Source of the DNA: Daphnia carinata
Lineage: Eukaryota
Direction of reading: 5' to 3'
Length of the DNA stretch: 64,000 nucleotides
Assembly (NCBI RefSeq): GCF_022539665.2
Contig: NC_081333.1
Coordinates: 868,001 to 932,000 of the forward strand
Part shown: positions 40,317 to 54,760 of the stretch, one piece after another
Position numbering within the stretch: the stretch's first letter is position 1
How the letters are laid out: each line of letters opens with the position of its first letter
Program-made: the position numbers and the translations under genes
The notes under the pieces: model-generated
Told to the model about the DNA's origin: nothing
The model's input: only the letters and a program-made list of their open reading frames with translations
The model's database searches: none

Positions 40317-41897
40317 ATGGTTCGAGAACATGTACTTGAAGCGATGCTCTCACTCCAGTATTTGACTACGAGTTTGCGAATGCGCAGGACTAGCTCACTG
40401 TTTGACATGGAGCCTTCGCTGTCTGTCCAATGCGTGTCACGAGACGCTGCCGTGACGGCTGAGAGCGGTGGCATTTTCGGCGGCCAGCACACGCAAACTG
40501 GCTTTCATCGCGCGTCCAGGTGGCTCTGCTACTTGACCACCTGTCTGGCTTTCATCCTCGGCGTTGGCGTTGGCGTCGCCCTGCCCATGATCTACGCGTC
40601 TTCCGCCGGCAACGAGATCAACAACACGCTGCTCACCTCCTGGCCGATGGCGGCCAAATCGCCAATCATCGTCCACCTGCCTCTCAACGTGACTGCCAAG
40701 ACGACGAATGGCAGCCTAGCAACGCGCCCACCGGCCAAAAGCAAATGGCAGTTGCGCAAGAAGGAGAAGGAAACGCTGACAGCGCAACGTCGAATGTCAC
40801 TCAAGTCCAGTCAGCCGGACGAGGCCGCCCTATCGACGGAAGACGATGCGCAAACGGCCGACGTTGTCAGCTTCGTTCAGCCTCAAACGTCTTGGGTTGC
40901 GACGGCCAGCCAAGAGCCACCACCCAAGACCATCGTGGCTGACGCCGTCAAAGGTATTTTCTGGTCACGTGCCGTCGAGGACGCCCTGCCCACCGGTTTC
41001 GACGAGCAAAACGCCAAAGAGTGGCGCGACTTCAGCCACCAGAAGCCCATCGTGCGCGTCGAGGAAGGCTGCGGTCGCATGCAAAATCGATTGATCACGT
41101 TCGAGAGCGGCCGCCAATCGTGTTGCCGCTACCGCCAAAACTACGATCAAATCCAAGGCGAGATCTTCAGCTTCTATTTGAGCCAATTGATCGGCTTGCG
41201 CAACCTACCGCCCTCCTCGCTCGGCCTCGTCCGTCCGCTCGATCGCCAATGGATTAACGTTCAATCGTCGCTGAGCCAAGCGCAGTGGACGGAGGACCGA
41301 CCGGTCGTGTACACGCAGTTCCTCAACGACCTGGAGCCGGCCTACATCCCCGTTCAGTTTCGCGGCCGCGATCGCCATCTCAATCCGTCGGACGTTCAGC
41401 ATCACAAACTGGAGGACAAGGCGGAGCGCGATGAGCTGATAACGCTTGCCCAATGGTCTGACCTTTTGGTCTTTGACTACCTGACAGCCAACCTGGATAG
41501 AATGGTGAACAACCTTTACAACATGCAGTGGAATCCGACGATGATGGATTCACCTGCTCACAATCTGTCACGCGATTCGCGGACGGGTTTGCTCGTCTTC
41601 CTCGACAACGAGAGCGGCCTACTGCACGGCTATCGGCTCCTGGACAAGTACGAAGTCTATCACAAGAGTCTGCTCGATTCGTTGTGCGTCTTTAGACGAT
41701 CCACCGTCGACTCGCTGCGACAGTTGCAGTCGAACAAGAACGTCGGCAATCTATTGCGCCACATGTTCGAAACGCGCGATCCATCACTGTTGGATTTCTT
41801 ACCTTTCCTGCCGGAGAAGAGCATCAAGACACTCAATTATCGTATTGATCAAGTACTTGATCAAGTGGCCAAATGTCAATCTCTTTACGGTTCTTAA
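40317..41897 (+). CDS. fj: Four-jointed Golgi kinase (Fj/FJX1 family), single coding exon; exact start ATG uncertain (40317, 40344, 40380 or 40408)
   Basis: Type II TM segment (LAFILGVGVGVALPMIY), GIFWS..VE..LP.GF, GCGRMQNRL, CCRYRQNYDQIQGEIFSFYL, QWSDLLVFDYLTANLDR and the LDNESGLLHGY motif; GC-rich codon usage. Confidence 0.95.
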   Translation: MVREHVLEAMLSLQYLTTSLRMRRTSSLFDMEPSLSVQCVSRDAAVTAESGGIFGGQHTQTGFHRASRWLCYLTTCLAFILGVGVGVALPMIYASSAGNEINNTLLTSWPMAAKSPIIVHLPLNVTAKTTNGSLATRPPAKSKWQLRKKEKETLTAQRRMSLKSSQPDEAALSTEDDAQTADVVSFVQPQTSWVATASQEPPPKTIVADAVKGIFWSRAVEDALPTGFDEQNAKEWRDFSHQKPIVRVEEGCGRMQNRLITFESGRQSCCRYRQNYDQIQGEIFSFYLSQLIGLRNLPPSSLGLVRPLDRQWINVQSSLSQAQWTEDRPVVYTQFLNDLEPAYIPVQFRGRDRHLNPSDVQHHKLEDKAERDELITLAQWSDLLVFDYLTANLDRMVNNLYNMQWNPTMMDSPAHNLSRDSRTGLLVFLDNESGLLHGYRLLDKYEVYHKSLLDSLCVFRRSTVDSLRQLQSNKNVGNLLRHMFETRDPSLLDFLPFLPEKSIKTLNYRIDQVLDQVAKCQSLYGS

Positions 41898-44800
41898 AGA
41901 AGAAAAAAAAACAAAAAAAAAAAAAACAAAAACAAAAACTCGAAACTGAAACAAGAAAGTGGTGTGCGCTTTTCAATTTTGTGTGAACCTTGAAATACGT
42001 GATACAGAACTTGAAACGAAACAAGACAAGATCGGGCCAGTTCATGATTGACCTTTACTCGGCTTCGTTCGGTTGTTTTTCGTTTTCACGCGCAACCGAC
42101 TTGTTATTGGCAGATCAAAAGGAAATAAAACAAAAAAAAAAAAAAAACACACACAGATGACGTCGAAAAAAAAAAAAGATGGAGATGATGGATATACTGC
42201 GCATTCCATTCGCAAGAACTAGCTAATTGAAAAATCGTGGTGGACAAAAACAAACAAAAAGACACTACGTTCAGAAACAAGATGCAACTTGATTTCGACT
42301 TGACAGATTTTTTTATTTTCTGCAAGAAGTCAACCCACAGGTGGAACGAAAATCAGAAATCTATTTGCAGCTGTCGTCTTTTGTTCCAAAGAAGAAGAAA
42401 AAAATCATACGCCCATTTTTGTTTTGTTTTTCAATTGGAAAAAAAAAAAACGGTAAAAGAAAAATTCGTTACAGTTTCCGTTTTAAGGAAGAAAGAAAAG
42501 AAAAGAACTGAGACAAGCCATAAATCATCGCGGCCAATCTATTGGAGACAATAGGCCCTGCAAAAGACATCGGAAGAGAAGGAAGGGGAGGTTTCAAAAG
42601 TGAAACGGTCAGCGGAAGGAGCGAGAGAGACAGAGAGGGGCTGCATAGAAAAGGAATGTTGGAACTGTACTACCAACTTTTCAAAAGGGAGGGGACCCGG
42701 CTCTATTTCAACTTTTAAAAAAGAAGAAGAAGAAAAAAGTAAATGGCATTTTATGACGTCTCCCTACGGCCATTTTTCAAACTAAGATTCAGTTTTCCAG
42801 TTTCTCTCCGCATCCATCCTCAACCCAAAAAAAAAAAAAAAAAGGAAATATTTCCCCTCTCTTGTTGAGTCTGATAAATTTTTATGATGGCCACTAGAGA
42901 AGAGGAGGAGGAAAGAAAAAAAAAAAAAAAAAAAAAGGAAGGCAATATTCAACCAAGAAAACTGATGGCATTCAATATTTGAAATGTCATTCAGGTAAAA
43001 AGAAAACGAGCAAAAAAAAAAAAAAAAAAAAAATGGGCATTTTCTTTTATTTTGCCCGTTCTATCAGTAATTAGCTTGAACCTCTTGGAGCTTTCTCTTG
43101 ATTTGCGAACAAGACGGAAAATGAAAACTGGCAAATGGTTTCCCAGCTTTTTTTTTTCATCTTCAACTCCCCCCCCCCACAAGAAATAACTGTTCAAGGC
43201 GATATGCGATCTGTATCGCCGTTGATGACTTGCTATATACATTTTTTTAACGACGTCCAAGTCCTTGAATGGCCCGTGCCTGTTCCGAGATCTTCGATCT
43301 GTATCGAAGCGATACTTCATTTTCTTCTTCTTCTTCTTCCCGTTGCGACCAACTAGTGCAGAGGTTAAGGACTGCATAACGACACTAGTCTGACATTAAA
43401 AAGAACAACGTCGACTGTCTTGTCCAACTCCACATTTGAAATCAGCGCCTTGGACAGTTAAACAAAAAACAAACGAAAAACGATCCTAATTTGTACTTAA
43501 CCATTTTTGCTACTACCAATGTCAACAAGCGTCTATATATATATATATATATATACAGTTTTTTTTTTGTTGTTGTCTGAGCACAAACGCGACAGTCTTT
43601 CTCTCTTGATCTACGTTTTTTTTTTTTTGAGGGGTTCATTATTTTGTATTTGCATCAAGTTTTGTATTTTGTTTCGTCAATTGCTAAAAATCTAGACTGT
43701 ACATTGTAACATATCGGCCAAGTTTCACCACTCCCCAGAATGTTGATGTCTATGTGAAATGTAATATCTGTAAATGACTGTACATAATTGTTATATGCGA
43801 TAATAAAGTAAAATGTCAATAAAAAGAAAATTTCGAAACCCAATCTCTTCGTCTTTTCCTTGAATAGGCCGAAAAACAAAAACAAATTCTATTTCTAAAA
43901 GACAAGAGTAGAGCAGACACGCCAATGCATCGTGTTAAAATGTATTTTTATTGATCTATCTGCCATAAATTCATTCGTAGGCCTAATATAGTGGCCTTTA
44001 TTTTAAGCGTATAAAACAAAACAAAACAAAAAATGAGTAGCTTGTAACAAGACAATAACGCAGCTCATCATTTCTTTCGGGTTGCACCCGAGCAGCGTAT
44101 TATTGAAAAGAAAAAAAAAAAAAAAAAAAGGTGCTGTTTTTATTTTTATTTTTTGTTTAACCCAAGTGAGTATAACTCATCTTTGAAGATAAAAAGGGGG
44201 GGGGGGGCGAAGAAGCCTGCGTTTGGCCGTGAACCCAAAGTCAGTTCCTATACGTGCAAAGTGTGTAGGTTACAATGTCTATATGACTGGCTTCTCAATT
44301 CACACAATGCACCGAAGAAAAAAAAAAACAAAAAAAAAACAAGAGGCCGTTTCTTATATGGTTTACCTTGGCTGTAATTTTCATTACGATGACATTTTTA
44401 TGGCACTCATTTTTAAAGCACCCAACTAAATCGTTAAAACGCGCTATATATACGAGAAGCCTTGCCTGACAGGGAATTCGTTCGGCTGATCTGCTTCCTC
44501 TTCTTCTTGTATTCCTCAGCATATCGAAAGCGTTTTTGAACTCTTCAGGCATACGTACAATGTAGGCCGACTAGGATTTCCCTCTTTTTTTCAGGTTGGC
44601 TTCTGTGAGGTGAGGTTAATTTATGAGAGGGTGGAAAGGAAAGAAAAACGTTGGAATACCGCACAACACGGTGACCAATTGGCATTAACAACTTGAAAAA
44701 AAAAAAAATAAAACGTTGGTTTTTACCTGTGCATATGTACCACACGTCTATACATATATATAGGCCTGTCATAAAATAAAAAATCATTTCTATATTTCGT

Positions 44801-47800
44801 CGCCTCAGAATGATCTACTGAAGAAATAGGTAAAGAATCCAACCAAATTTGGTACCCCTTCTTTTTTTCTTTTTTTATTATTATTATTTCTTGAACTCCC
44901 GTCTACATTGTTTGGACGTTAGGCTTCGCTTGCTACACAAGCTCCCTGTCTTTATTTTTTTTTTCATTTTTTTTTTTTTTTTTCGGTTTTGCCTTCATTT
45001 AGAAGAGACTCGGCCAGGTGTTAGTAATCGACCTGGAAAACTTGGTGGTTTGTCCCAACAGTATACCAGGAATAAATGATAGTGTAATAGTCAAGCCCTC
45101 TTTTTTTTTCCTTTCCTCCTTTTTTTTTAAATCCCAGCACATCAAAAAGTTTTAATTATTACAATTGAACTGTTCGTGCTTAATGATTATATGAATTTAG
45201 GAAAAAAGAGAAGAATAAAAAAATAAAAGGGGGACGGAAGAATACGAAATTCTGGAGATTCTTGCCGTTAAAAGGTCAGGGGTATTCTCGAGGTGGCCAT
45301 TTCAGCTATAAGACTAGTAGTTATTGTCTTTGTCTGCTAAGACAATCTAGGGGAAAAAGAAAAAAGAACAAAAAAACTAGCCACCACGAGGGAAACAAAA
45401 AGGTTTTTTTTTTTAAGGAGCTTATTTTTAATTTGGTATGAAAGCTTTACCTGGTTCCTTTTTAATGTGTAGTAAACCAATTCGTTTATTGAATTAAAAT
45501 TTTTTTTTCCTTTCTTAACTGTGTATTATCTCAATTCACCTGTTCATAGTTGAGCAACAGATTGTCGATACTTCATTAACGGAGAACAAAATGCAAAGTT
45601 CACGTGTTGGCACGAATTGATTCGATGCGCCAATGTTAAACAAACCTTAAAAGACGTTCTTCATCTGCAATTATCAATTGAAATGAGTAAAGAAAGTCGA
45701 ACAAAAGCGTAGGCCTAGTTCGAATTACATGTAACTTCACGTTTAACGAACGAACAACGTCATTTGTTTATAGGAAAAACCACTCCATTTTGAATAAAGA
45801 ATTCTGTGTTTGTGAGACATGACCTAAACGTGTGTTATTTAAGTGTTAACTTTCTCCTTTCCTAATAAGCGGAAACGAACAACTGGTTATTTGGGCTGTA
45901 TGTAAGTCTACGCCAAGACCAGACTATACGATGAATAAGCGATGGCGATCGTCTTTTTTTTTTTTTTTTTTGTATACAACTTATAGTCTGGCAAGCGATC
46001 TGGTTGTAACTGAAAACCACTAAAGAGCCAGACAGAACTAATCGGCTGTCGGTAGGCGGCACCTGAAACTGATACAGGTGATTATTAAAAGACCTACTTG
46101 CCGATAGCGAACATGACATCGCTTGTCCCTGGTGTTTGTCGCAGCAATAGCTATCTCCCGTCTTGTATATGGAGTAGATGGCGGTTAATGATAGTGATTT
46201 ATTTTTTTTAAAAAGGGGATTAAAAATACGATGGATTAAAAAACAAAATGTACATCGAGAGGAGCTCTTGTACGAGATTGAAGAGGAAGGCTATACAAGG
46301 CAAATCATGTTTAGATGACTCTGCGAAGCTACCTAGCTTGAGCGGATGTTGATGACGTACAACACAGGCTGACCGAAAATTTCGTTACACTTGATTGTGT
46401 GTAGAAAAACGTCATTTAAACTGAAAATTGTGTTCGCAAAGTCAACAGCCAGCGAGATAGGTGCATAGATTGAACGTGACTTGGAAAATTGTCCCCCCGC
46501 CCCGCTTAACTTTCAGAGGAAGCAATCAAATAATTAAAGTTCACTATGCATTTAATCGAAATGCTATATAGCGATGCAAGCACCGGCGTTCGGGTTACTG
46601 CTCATTGGTCAATGACGAGGAATTCAAATGCGATTTCAGAGAGGGTCGTAATCCACTCAGAGGAATACGTTATTTAGGACTGGATATACAAACGCATTGA
46701 ACCATAAGATACCTCCTACCGAGAAGAGCAGCGAAGCAGTAGAGGCATAAGAAGTAAGAAAAAAAAAAAAAAAGCGTGGGAAAACCGAATGGCTTTTGAT
46801 ATTCCAGCCAAGCACTATTCCCACCTCCTGCAGTGCATGGGGCTTCGTTGTTCATCACATTTGGAGAGGTTGCTGACGAAGGGCTGATAAGAATGCTCAT
46901 TTAGTTTTCGGATTTCATCAAATCCTGAATAAAAAAGATGATTTTTTTTTTCTTTTTCTTTTTTCAAGTGTACTTCACTTTGTGTACGTGGCTGGATAAG
47001 TTTAAAAGAAAAGAAAATGAAACAGTTACATTGTATACCACGAAAACTATACACATGCCGCTCCTTTACATATGTACGCAATACAAGTTGTCTCCCAGGA
47101 TGTGATTTATCATTGGTAAAAGGGCACATGGTACATCGTTTCGTTGTGTAACAATCCGTTTTTCTTTTTTCATTCTTTGGCCAGCAATATGTGCAAGAAG
47201 ATGACGCAAACGAACTGTTAAACCCACCCATCAATTTAATTTGAACGTGCACAAAATTGCGCAAGTGGAAAACGTATATATACCTCACTGAATGGATGTA
47301 CGGTTTACATATAATATTTAACGCATTTATTTCTGCCCTAGATCAGAACACAATTTAGAACGCAACGTATCTCTTTTACTAACGTGATGTCTTAAAAGAA
47401 AAGAAAATGGTGTTTTCAACATATAATGTTGGGAAAGCAGTGTATAACCTTAAAAGAGGGCATGACGTCATACATCATCGTAAAGGCCATTTGACATATT
47501 CATCAATGTGTACAGCCTTACGACGAAATTGACTTCTTCCTTCGTGGCGTTCCAGTATTTTTCTTTTCTACGCTGCTTCGCTTCCAGTTATGGAAGCTGG
47601 TTTGGACGATGTTCAGTCTCTTTGTCGGATAAGACGAGTGGGCTCGTCTGGCTTTAAAAAAAAAAAAAAATGGCCGATAGTCTAGTAACGATATCAACAT
47701 GAAAACATATATATATTTTTTTTCGTTCTAAAATGCTTTGTAGACCTGTTCCATGTCGACCAGAATAAAGTACGTAGACTACGAAATACGAAGAAAAAAG

Positions 47801-50800
47801 GTCATCCAGAACGAAAGAAAGAAAAATACGCGAATGGCATTGCCATTAGCTTTGCTGGATTGCATTTCTGATTCTCGCTTTAGATATAATCATTTTTTTT
47901 TTCCTTTTTTCAATTACAACATTTCGCTTCGATTAAAAGTCAAGGATGTTGGCCATCAAAGAAGCGAAGGAATTCAGAGGAGCGTGCCTAGCCTCAGTTT
48001 AAGTGAAGACTCCGCTGCGCTTATCGGAAAATATATATATTTCCATTTGGCAGAGTTTAATGCTGTGATTTTTGCGTCTGATCAGAGATACTAACACCAT
48101 ATGGCGTTGACTTTGTACTGCGAGTGCAGTCAGATTTTTATGATGCTTGAAAAATATTATTTCAAGTTTATGAAAGGTTGGCGTCCCAGACGTGCGTGCG
48201 TTGTCTTGATATTTACGGCTTGTTGAACTGCTGTGATGTTGGCGATCATTGGTACGATGAGGGTGTCACAACGGTCCAACTTTAAAACAACAACGAAAAG
48301 AAAAAAATAATAATAAATAAAAACAATTATGTGCGACCCTCTGAATAAAAGCTGATAGCAACCTGATTAAGTCCATCTCACACATGGCTTGAAATCATGA
48401 ATGGTTCGCTCGAACATAGTCGTGCCTTAATGAAATTCATTCTTAGAAATTTCGGGTGGAATCCTGTCAATATGTGACTTGTTTCTGGCTAGTGAATAGG
48501 TTTTAACGAAGATCGGTACCCTTTACGTTTACGTGGCGTAGAAAATATGATGGCTTTTTTTCTTCTTTTTTTTTTTTAGTCAGCAAAAGCTTCGAAACAC
48601 GCTTCTCTTGTCCTCAGTTTTCTTCTCTTTTATACACGAAAAACGAAATCTTATGCAGCGCGACTCCACTATTAACATTTAAGTTTGTTTTTTTCCCCTC
48701 CACGATAGTATAGTAAAGGGTTTTTATTCAACTTCTTATGGATCGAATTTCTTATTTCATTTTTATCGTCAGAATATTCAAATGAAACTCAGCGTGCTTA
48801 GTGGAGAAACTTGTAACAAGCAACTTTGTTACATGCTGCCATGACAATCGTCTATTTTGGTGTTCGGAAGACGCATCCTTTCTAACGTACATCACGGATC
48901 GGGTCAAGATTTTCAAAAAAACACTAGTTTGGAGTGCGCAAAATTCAAAAAAAAAAAAAAAAAAAAAAAAGGATTAGAATTCTGGGCCATACTTGTAAGC
49001 GGCTCCTGATCGGCTTAGACTGATTTCGTGACGAAATCTGATTAGGGCCTGGTTGAGTGCAAAGTCCAGTCTCCTAGTAGTAAGCGGCAGCCTTCTTTTT
49101 TTTTATTTTTATTTTTTTGTGTGATCCCCTTGAAGAAAAAGAATTTCAGAAAACGAACCCAGAGGCATAAAGCTGACCTGATCGATTTAATACGCTGCTC
49201 ATTCATCATATCTTTAGTCATTTCTTTTCCTCGAAAAGTTAAACAGAGGATTTGATTCGATCAAGCAATAATGTTTTAACTTTAATCTGAAAATCGCATT
49301 CAAAACCTTTCGATGACGGCTGTGCTGTAACCGTAAAAATGGGCTTTTAGGGTCACGGTGCGTAAGACTGTGCAGTTCTGTATTGCAAGCAAATGCCGCT
49401 GCACAAGTTCGAGGAATCTTTAGCGTGTAAGACACTAGCAAAATTCGACTTCGTTGCTGAACCATTTCACGTGTACCATACATGTGAACGCAAGAGAATG
49501 AAGCGTTTGTCATTCAAAGTATTATGCAGTTGAATGAAAGAGGAAGAAGAAGAAAAAAAATAAAGTTGGACAGTAGTTGCATGCTCGACTTCGTTCTTAT
49601 TGACGTTTCGTCTAAACAGTTGGCGTGCATTGCACAAATGTGAGAACCAGCTGAAGGAACAGGAATAATAAATAGGTAGTACGGGAGATGTTGAAAACCA
49701 GCAAAGGGGAAAGACAGAGAAATGATCATAGCGCAGTGCGCGCGATGAAATTCGACTTTTTGTTCTCGTGATTAACTATTAAATGCAGAGTTCTGAACCA
49801 TTCCAGGAAAACCAAGGAATGTTTTATTTTTTTTTGGAGCCGGTTTTTTTTTTTTTTTTTTTTTTGAGACAACGAGCGGTTTCTTTGTCCACAGCTGACG
49901 GGTCATTTGTCAAATGCTGCGACAGTCAGCTACCGTTCATTGACAACCAATCCTCGAAGGAAGAAAAGAAGGTCCGAAACTGTAAATTTGCTAGGTTAAA
50001 GAAACAACGACTTAAGAAAACGAATAAAGGTTTGAAAAACACTTACCTTTCTCTTGGAAAATGTCGTTAAGACAATGCACATATCCTGGTGTTTCGAAAT
50101 AACCGCGAACCACGGCTTCGCCTACAGAGGGCAAGGCCGAAAAATACATATTTTTTAAAAACCTATTTGTTTTCAAATTACCGAAGCCGGAAACACAATT
50201 CACATGCGACGTGATTTAAAACGTCGTTTGATCCCATTTTTAAAAAGATCTGCACGATCGCTAGGTCGGTTTCCAGCAATAGGCTTAGATATATCACAGC
50301 ACCATCTATTGACGATGCTACATCCATCGCTATTGGCCATCCCTTCCACGGCGGAATAACTAACGGCGTGTTCACTGTCTTGTATTTTGAAATAACACGT
50401 TTTAAACAACTCGTTTGATCACAACCCTAAAAGCAACATACCAAGTAAATTTACAAGAAAAATTAGCTGCCGTTTATTCCCTAACCAATTCACTAAAGTT
50501 TGTAGTAATTGTCATTTGATGGATAACGTAATGGCGCCACTTGTTTGTATGTCCTATTCTTGTCGAGCTTAGCAGGCACAAAAAAGGACGCTTCATCATG
50601 CATCCCCACACAACAAAATCTGTATTACTAAAATACGGGCTGTTGGATTTGACAGACGAGGTGTTGTTGTTATCCTATCTGTGAATTCATAATTAAAGGC
50701 ATACTTCTCAAGGAGTTTCGATGCACGTACGCTGGCAAATGCTTTACGTTTAAATGCGTGAATACTCAATGTCAGTCAGAACTGTGTATAAAAACGAAAC

Positions 50801-51016
50801 ACCTCAGCAGAAAGCTTATTCAATTTAGGCTGCCGTCGAATTATACGAAATTTCCCTACAAAGACCAAAAGGTTATTTAAATATGCAGCGTAACGTATAC
50901 ACAGAGTTCCGCCCTAAAAAGGGTGGCACCTTAATAAACTCACGGTATTCGGAATAAGTTCCCCAATAGGGATTCATCCGTCTAGATAAAAAGAATTTCC
51001 ATTGCTTCCAAGTTTT

Positions 51017-51031
51017 CCGCTAGATGGCAGC
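51017..51031 (+). promoter_or_regulatory. CTCF-like motif CCGCTAGATGGCAGC
   Basis: Close match to the CTCF consensus; motif match only. Confidence 0.4.
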
Positions 51032-53539
51032 TATAAACCATCGTACAGAATTTATCGCCGATTCGCACACGATGGCGCGCGAATCGATCGCAGTTCAGGA
51101 CAAAACTTCGCGAGTAGAGAGGTGTTTTAGGGGTGTCTTCTGCGTTAGTTATTTATCTAGATGCTTCCAAATATTTCTACGGAATACCAAATCTTTCTGC
51201 TGCTACAGAGAAAAATGTTCCGTTGAAGACAATGAAGACTCATTACATTATACTTTGCATAATGTTTACACGGTTTGTTTTCTTCAAATAGTTGATGGGT
51301 AGATGGTGGGAAAATTGTCTTGGAACATAGCAAAGAAGTGTCTAGGTGGCATTGGGAACGCATCGTGATACACGAGTTTTAGCCGTTGCTGGAAATTTCT
51401 GCTTCTGTTCACACATGTAATTGGTTTACAATCCTTTTCTCTGCCTTAATCCTCTGAATCTAGTTCACATGAAGAGAAATATAACAAGGAGCCTGATAAA
51501 TTTCCAAAGTTAAATGTGATATGGTACTGAAGATCTGAACTGTTTTATTTGGTATCTGCAAGGTGTATTTTTCTCCATCTTAAGAATCTCTATACCAGAT
51601 ACTTCACTATGATACATTAATATGTATATTTTTCATGTAATTTTTAAATTATAAAATTGTGCACTCTTTTTAGTTGCAAATGACCAGATTGCTGGAGACA
51701 ACCACGTATCCAGTCTTGAGCAGCAACATCACACTTTTTTATCTGATGGGACTTACAGTATTAGTAAGTAAACCCATTGCAATGACCCATTGCTGTTTTA
51801 GTTACATCTACACCATCAGTTAACCTGCTTTTGTCTATTTTTTTTTTTATATTTTTCGTTTGTGTAGTTTCTTTCGTATAAACGAGGAACTAGGAAGTTA
51901 AACAAAATAGAAGCATTCCATCAACAAGGTGAATAGGATTTCATTCATATATATTTCAAAATCATGATTCCCTTAATTTTGTTGCTGTGAACATGTTATT
52001 CAGCCAAAAACCTATTTCTTGAGTATGGTTAGTGTAATGCTGTCCTACTGTAAAGTCTTTGGCAGTAACCATTAACTACTTGAATATTGATATTTTCCCT
52101 CATGTCTACCCTTTCCACATGTTCATGTTCACATGTTCAAGTCAGTAAGGGAACTTTCATATCACTCCACATATTCTGTAGCGTGACAGACTCTAGTCAA
52201 TGACGTTCATCTCTTATTGTGCATAAATTGTCGTAGGTGACCCACTTTATAAATCCTTGGGATGACAAAAAAGTAGTTGGCAAACTGCTTCCAAGTCAAG
52301 CTGCTTTGGAATTTCCCTTCCTCACTGTTTCACATGTTGTAAAAGCAAGTCACAAAATGTTCCTCCATCATTCGACTGTGGATAAACCATGATAAGCATA
52401 AGGTAAATGTTGCCAGCACCATGCATGCCAGCACGATTTCCATAAGCTCATTGTTGATTTTTATTTTTTATATATAGATCTGTTTCTTAGATTTGAGGAA
52501 CCTAGAAAGCTTTAGAGACAGTTTCAGTGTTGGTGAATCGCAAAATGTTCCACATCAACGAAATTTGTTTGACAAATCTTGCCAGAAATTTTTTTGCTGG
52601 TAAATATCATTTCCATTACTGAACGTGAATTTAAAAAAAAATGTTGAAGAACATGTTGATGAAGTAGAAAGAATTCGCGTCACACTAGTTGTCATCATCA
52701 ATATTCCTGACGGATAATCATCCGAGAGCACGCCATTCAGTGTAGATCAGGCCAAAGAAGAACTTCTGGAATTAATTTTCAAGATGGAAAAGTATATATT
52801 AATTGAACATTGGTTCCAGAAAAATATAATTGGGTCAAAGGGTGAGATAAATTTTATCAGGTAACAACAACGATGAGAAATACGAATATCTGCAGTCTAC
52901 TAACAGTGTGCAACAATTCACAAGCCAGATTATTTTCCTTGATTCTATCGAGAAGAATGACGTGTTTAAAATACGAAGAGCCAAACAAGACGTTGAGGCC
53001 ACGTACAAAATATTTTTGTAAATTATGCATGAAAGTTACTGGAGTCTTTCGTTTTCCATTGAGGTATTATGGTTAAAGAACAGATTGATTTTGCGATACC
53101 GTCTGTTTTGTTGGGGCAGGTACCTATTTATAAAGAGCTTAAGAAGAATACAATCCGCGAAGGGGAAGCAAATATTCGAAAATTCGCGAAGAACCAGTGC
53201 CCCTATTGATTTACCTCACAAAGGCTTCGCAATGGAATTTTTCATCAGAACACGGGGACAAAAAATTGTAGGAAATCCAAAGCGAACTAGTATGCCCTCA
53301 ATTGTTTTATTTTTTCAGTTTAATTACGCAGTCGTCAATGTTAATTCCCTTTCCACACGGTGAACGTAATCGCCGAAGAAGTTGAAACGACTGTCAACAT
53401 CATCAGTCTTTCATCGGCGGTAGTGGAGAACTCGTACAGTCATTGATGGAAAAATGTGTTATGCATCCCAACCCTCAACTTTCACTACTAATGGCGGTAG
53501 GGGCACTCTGGGAGTAGTAACATGAGTAACCTTTGCTCG

Positions 53540-53730
53540 GAAGAGCTTAGTTCCGCATGTCAAGCTCCATAAAGGGCTTTACGGCTGTTCAGTTCCAAAA
53601 TCGCCAGTGCACTCCGGTATTCGACATTTATCAATTAACAACATTTCAATTTACCAGGGCATTCTGGCGGGCCAAAATTGTTAAACACCCATTGGCGATT
53701 TGGTAAGGCCATCTCTGGAGCTTAAGATGC
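53540..53730 (+). pseudogene. Frameshifted remnant of a trypsin-like (HtrA/Trypsin_2-type) serine peptidase domain
   Basis: 53651-53674 reads LPGHSGGP, followed with small indels by NTH-GDLV-G-I, resembling PGNSGGP(L/V)xNxxGxxxGI; stops and frameshifts nearby. Confidence 0.35.
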
Positions 53731-54760
53731 GTAGCTCAAGTTACTCTGTTGGCGTTACTACTCCCGATATACTCACGGTAGTGTTATGGCCGCGACGGAT
53801 TTTCCATTCACTAAAGAAGCGAGTTTAGATGTCAAATGTGTGCAACAAATACTTCCAAGCGGTTGGTAAAGAATGCATGATGGAAACGTTCGGTTTCTCG
53901 TTGAATTATTTCAATTAATTGGCTAGCCCGTCCCAAAAATAAGATTTTTTTTTTCTTTAAAAACCATTATTAAATTGCATTAAGGGACATGAAATAAATA
54001 TCAATATGATAGTGCTGGCGATTAAATTCGCATATGGTATGAACTAGAGGTATTCTTTCATGAATATACATGTAGTAGGGCTACAGGAACTCATCGCATG
54101 ATTAAAATATCGCCAACGTAAACACGAAGAACGTATTAGACTAAGTACCGTATGGAACTGTCATCCGCGTTTGTTAAAATCCTATATCCTAATACAAATT
54201 ATTAAAGCACGACTTACGTAGTCCCACATTCTTCCGTTAGATGCTTGTGGAATCCATTGTTATTAAAAGTGCTGTCACGTTTAGCCTTCAGCTTCTTCCA
54301 GCTTTTCGTATTATTCCATGTAAGTTACTAAGGCTAAAGATATCAAGAGCGACAAGCTAACGAAGATGTTAAATTTGCGTATTTTGCCTTAAAAATATGA
54401 CTAGTTTTGTTGTAAATAGATGATATTTGAAACCAAGGTATGGGAGTTCCCTATGCCTTAGTTGAAACTACTTTCAAAACTTTTATGAAGCGATTTAACG
54501 TTTGTTTGCAACAGCTTACTTTTACCAATAAGCAAAAATCGTTAACCATGTAAAAGAGCACATAGCTCATTTTTTAGTTTTTTTAAATTCTCATTTCCGG
54601 ATTCATTTTCGGTCTGAAAAAATCGAATAGCTCCTCGACCATTGATCAGCGAGAAAAAAGATTCATATTTTCTTGATCCTCGTGAAATTTGGGGTCGAAT
54701 CCATGTGTCAGCTCTAAATACCCGAAAATCGTCGAAAATCGCAAATTTTCATTTTCAACT

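Noticed and set aside
40307..41571. Overlapping antisense and alternative-frame ORFs within fj
   Set aside because: Expected shadow ORFs of a GC-rich coding exon.
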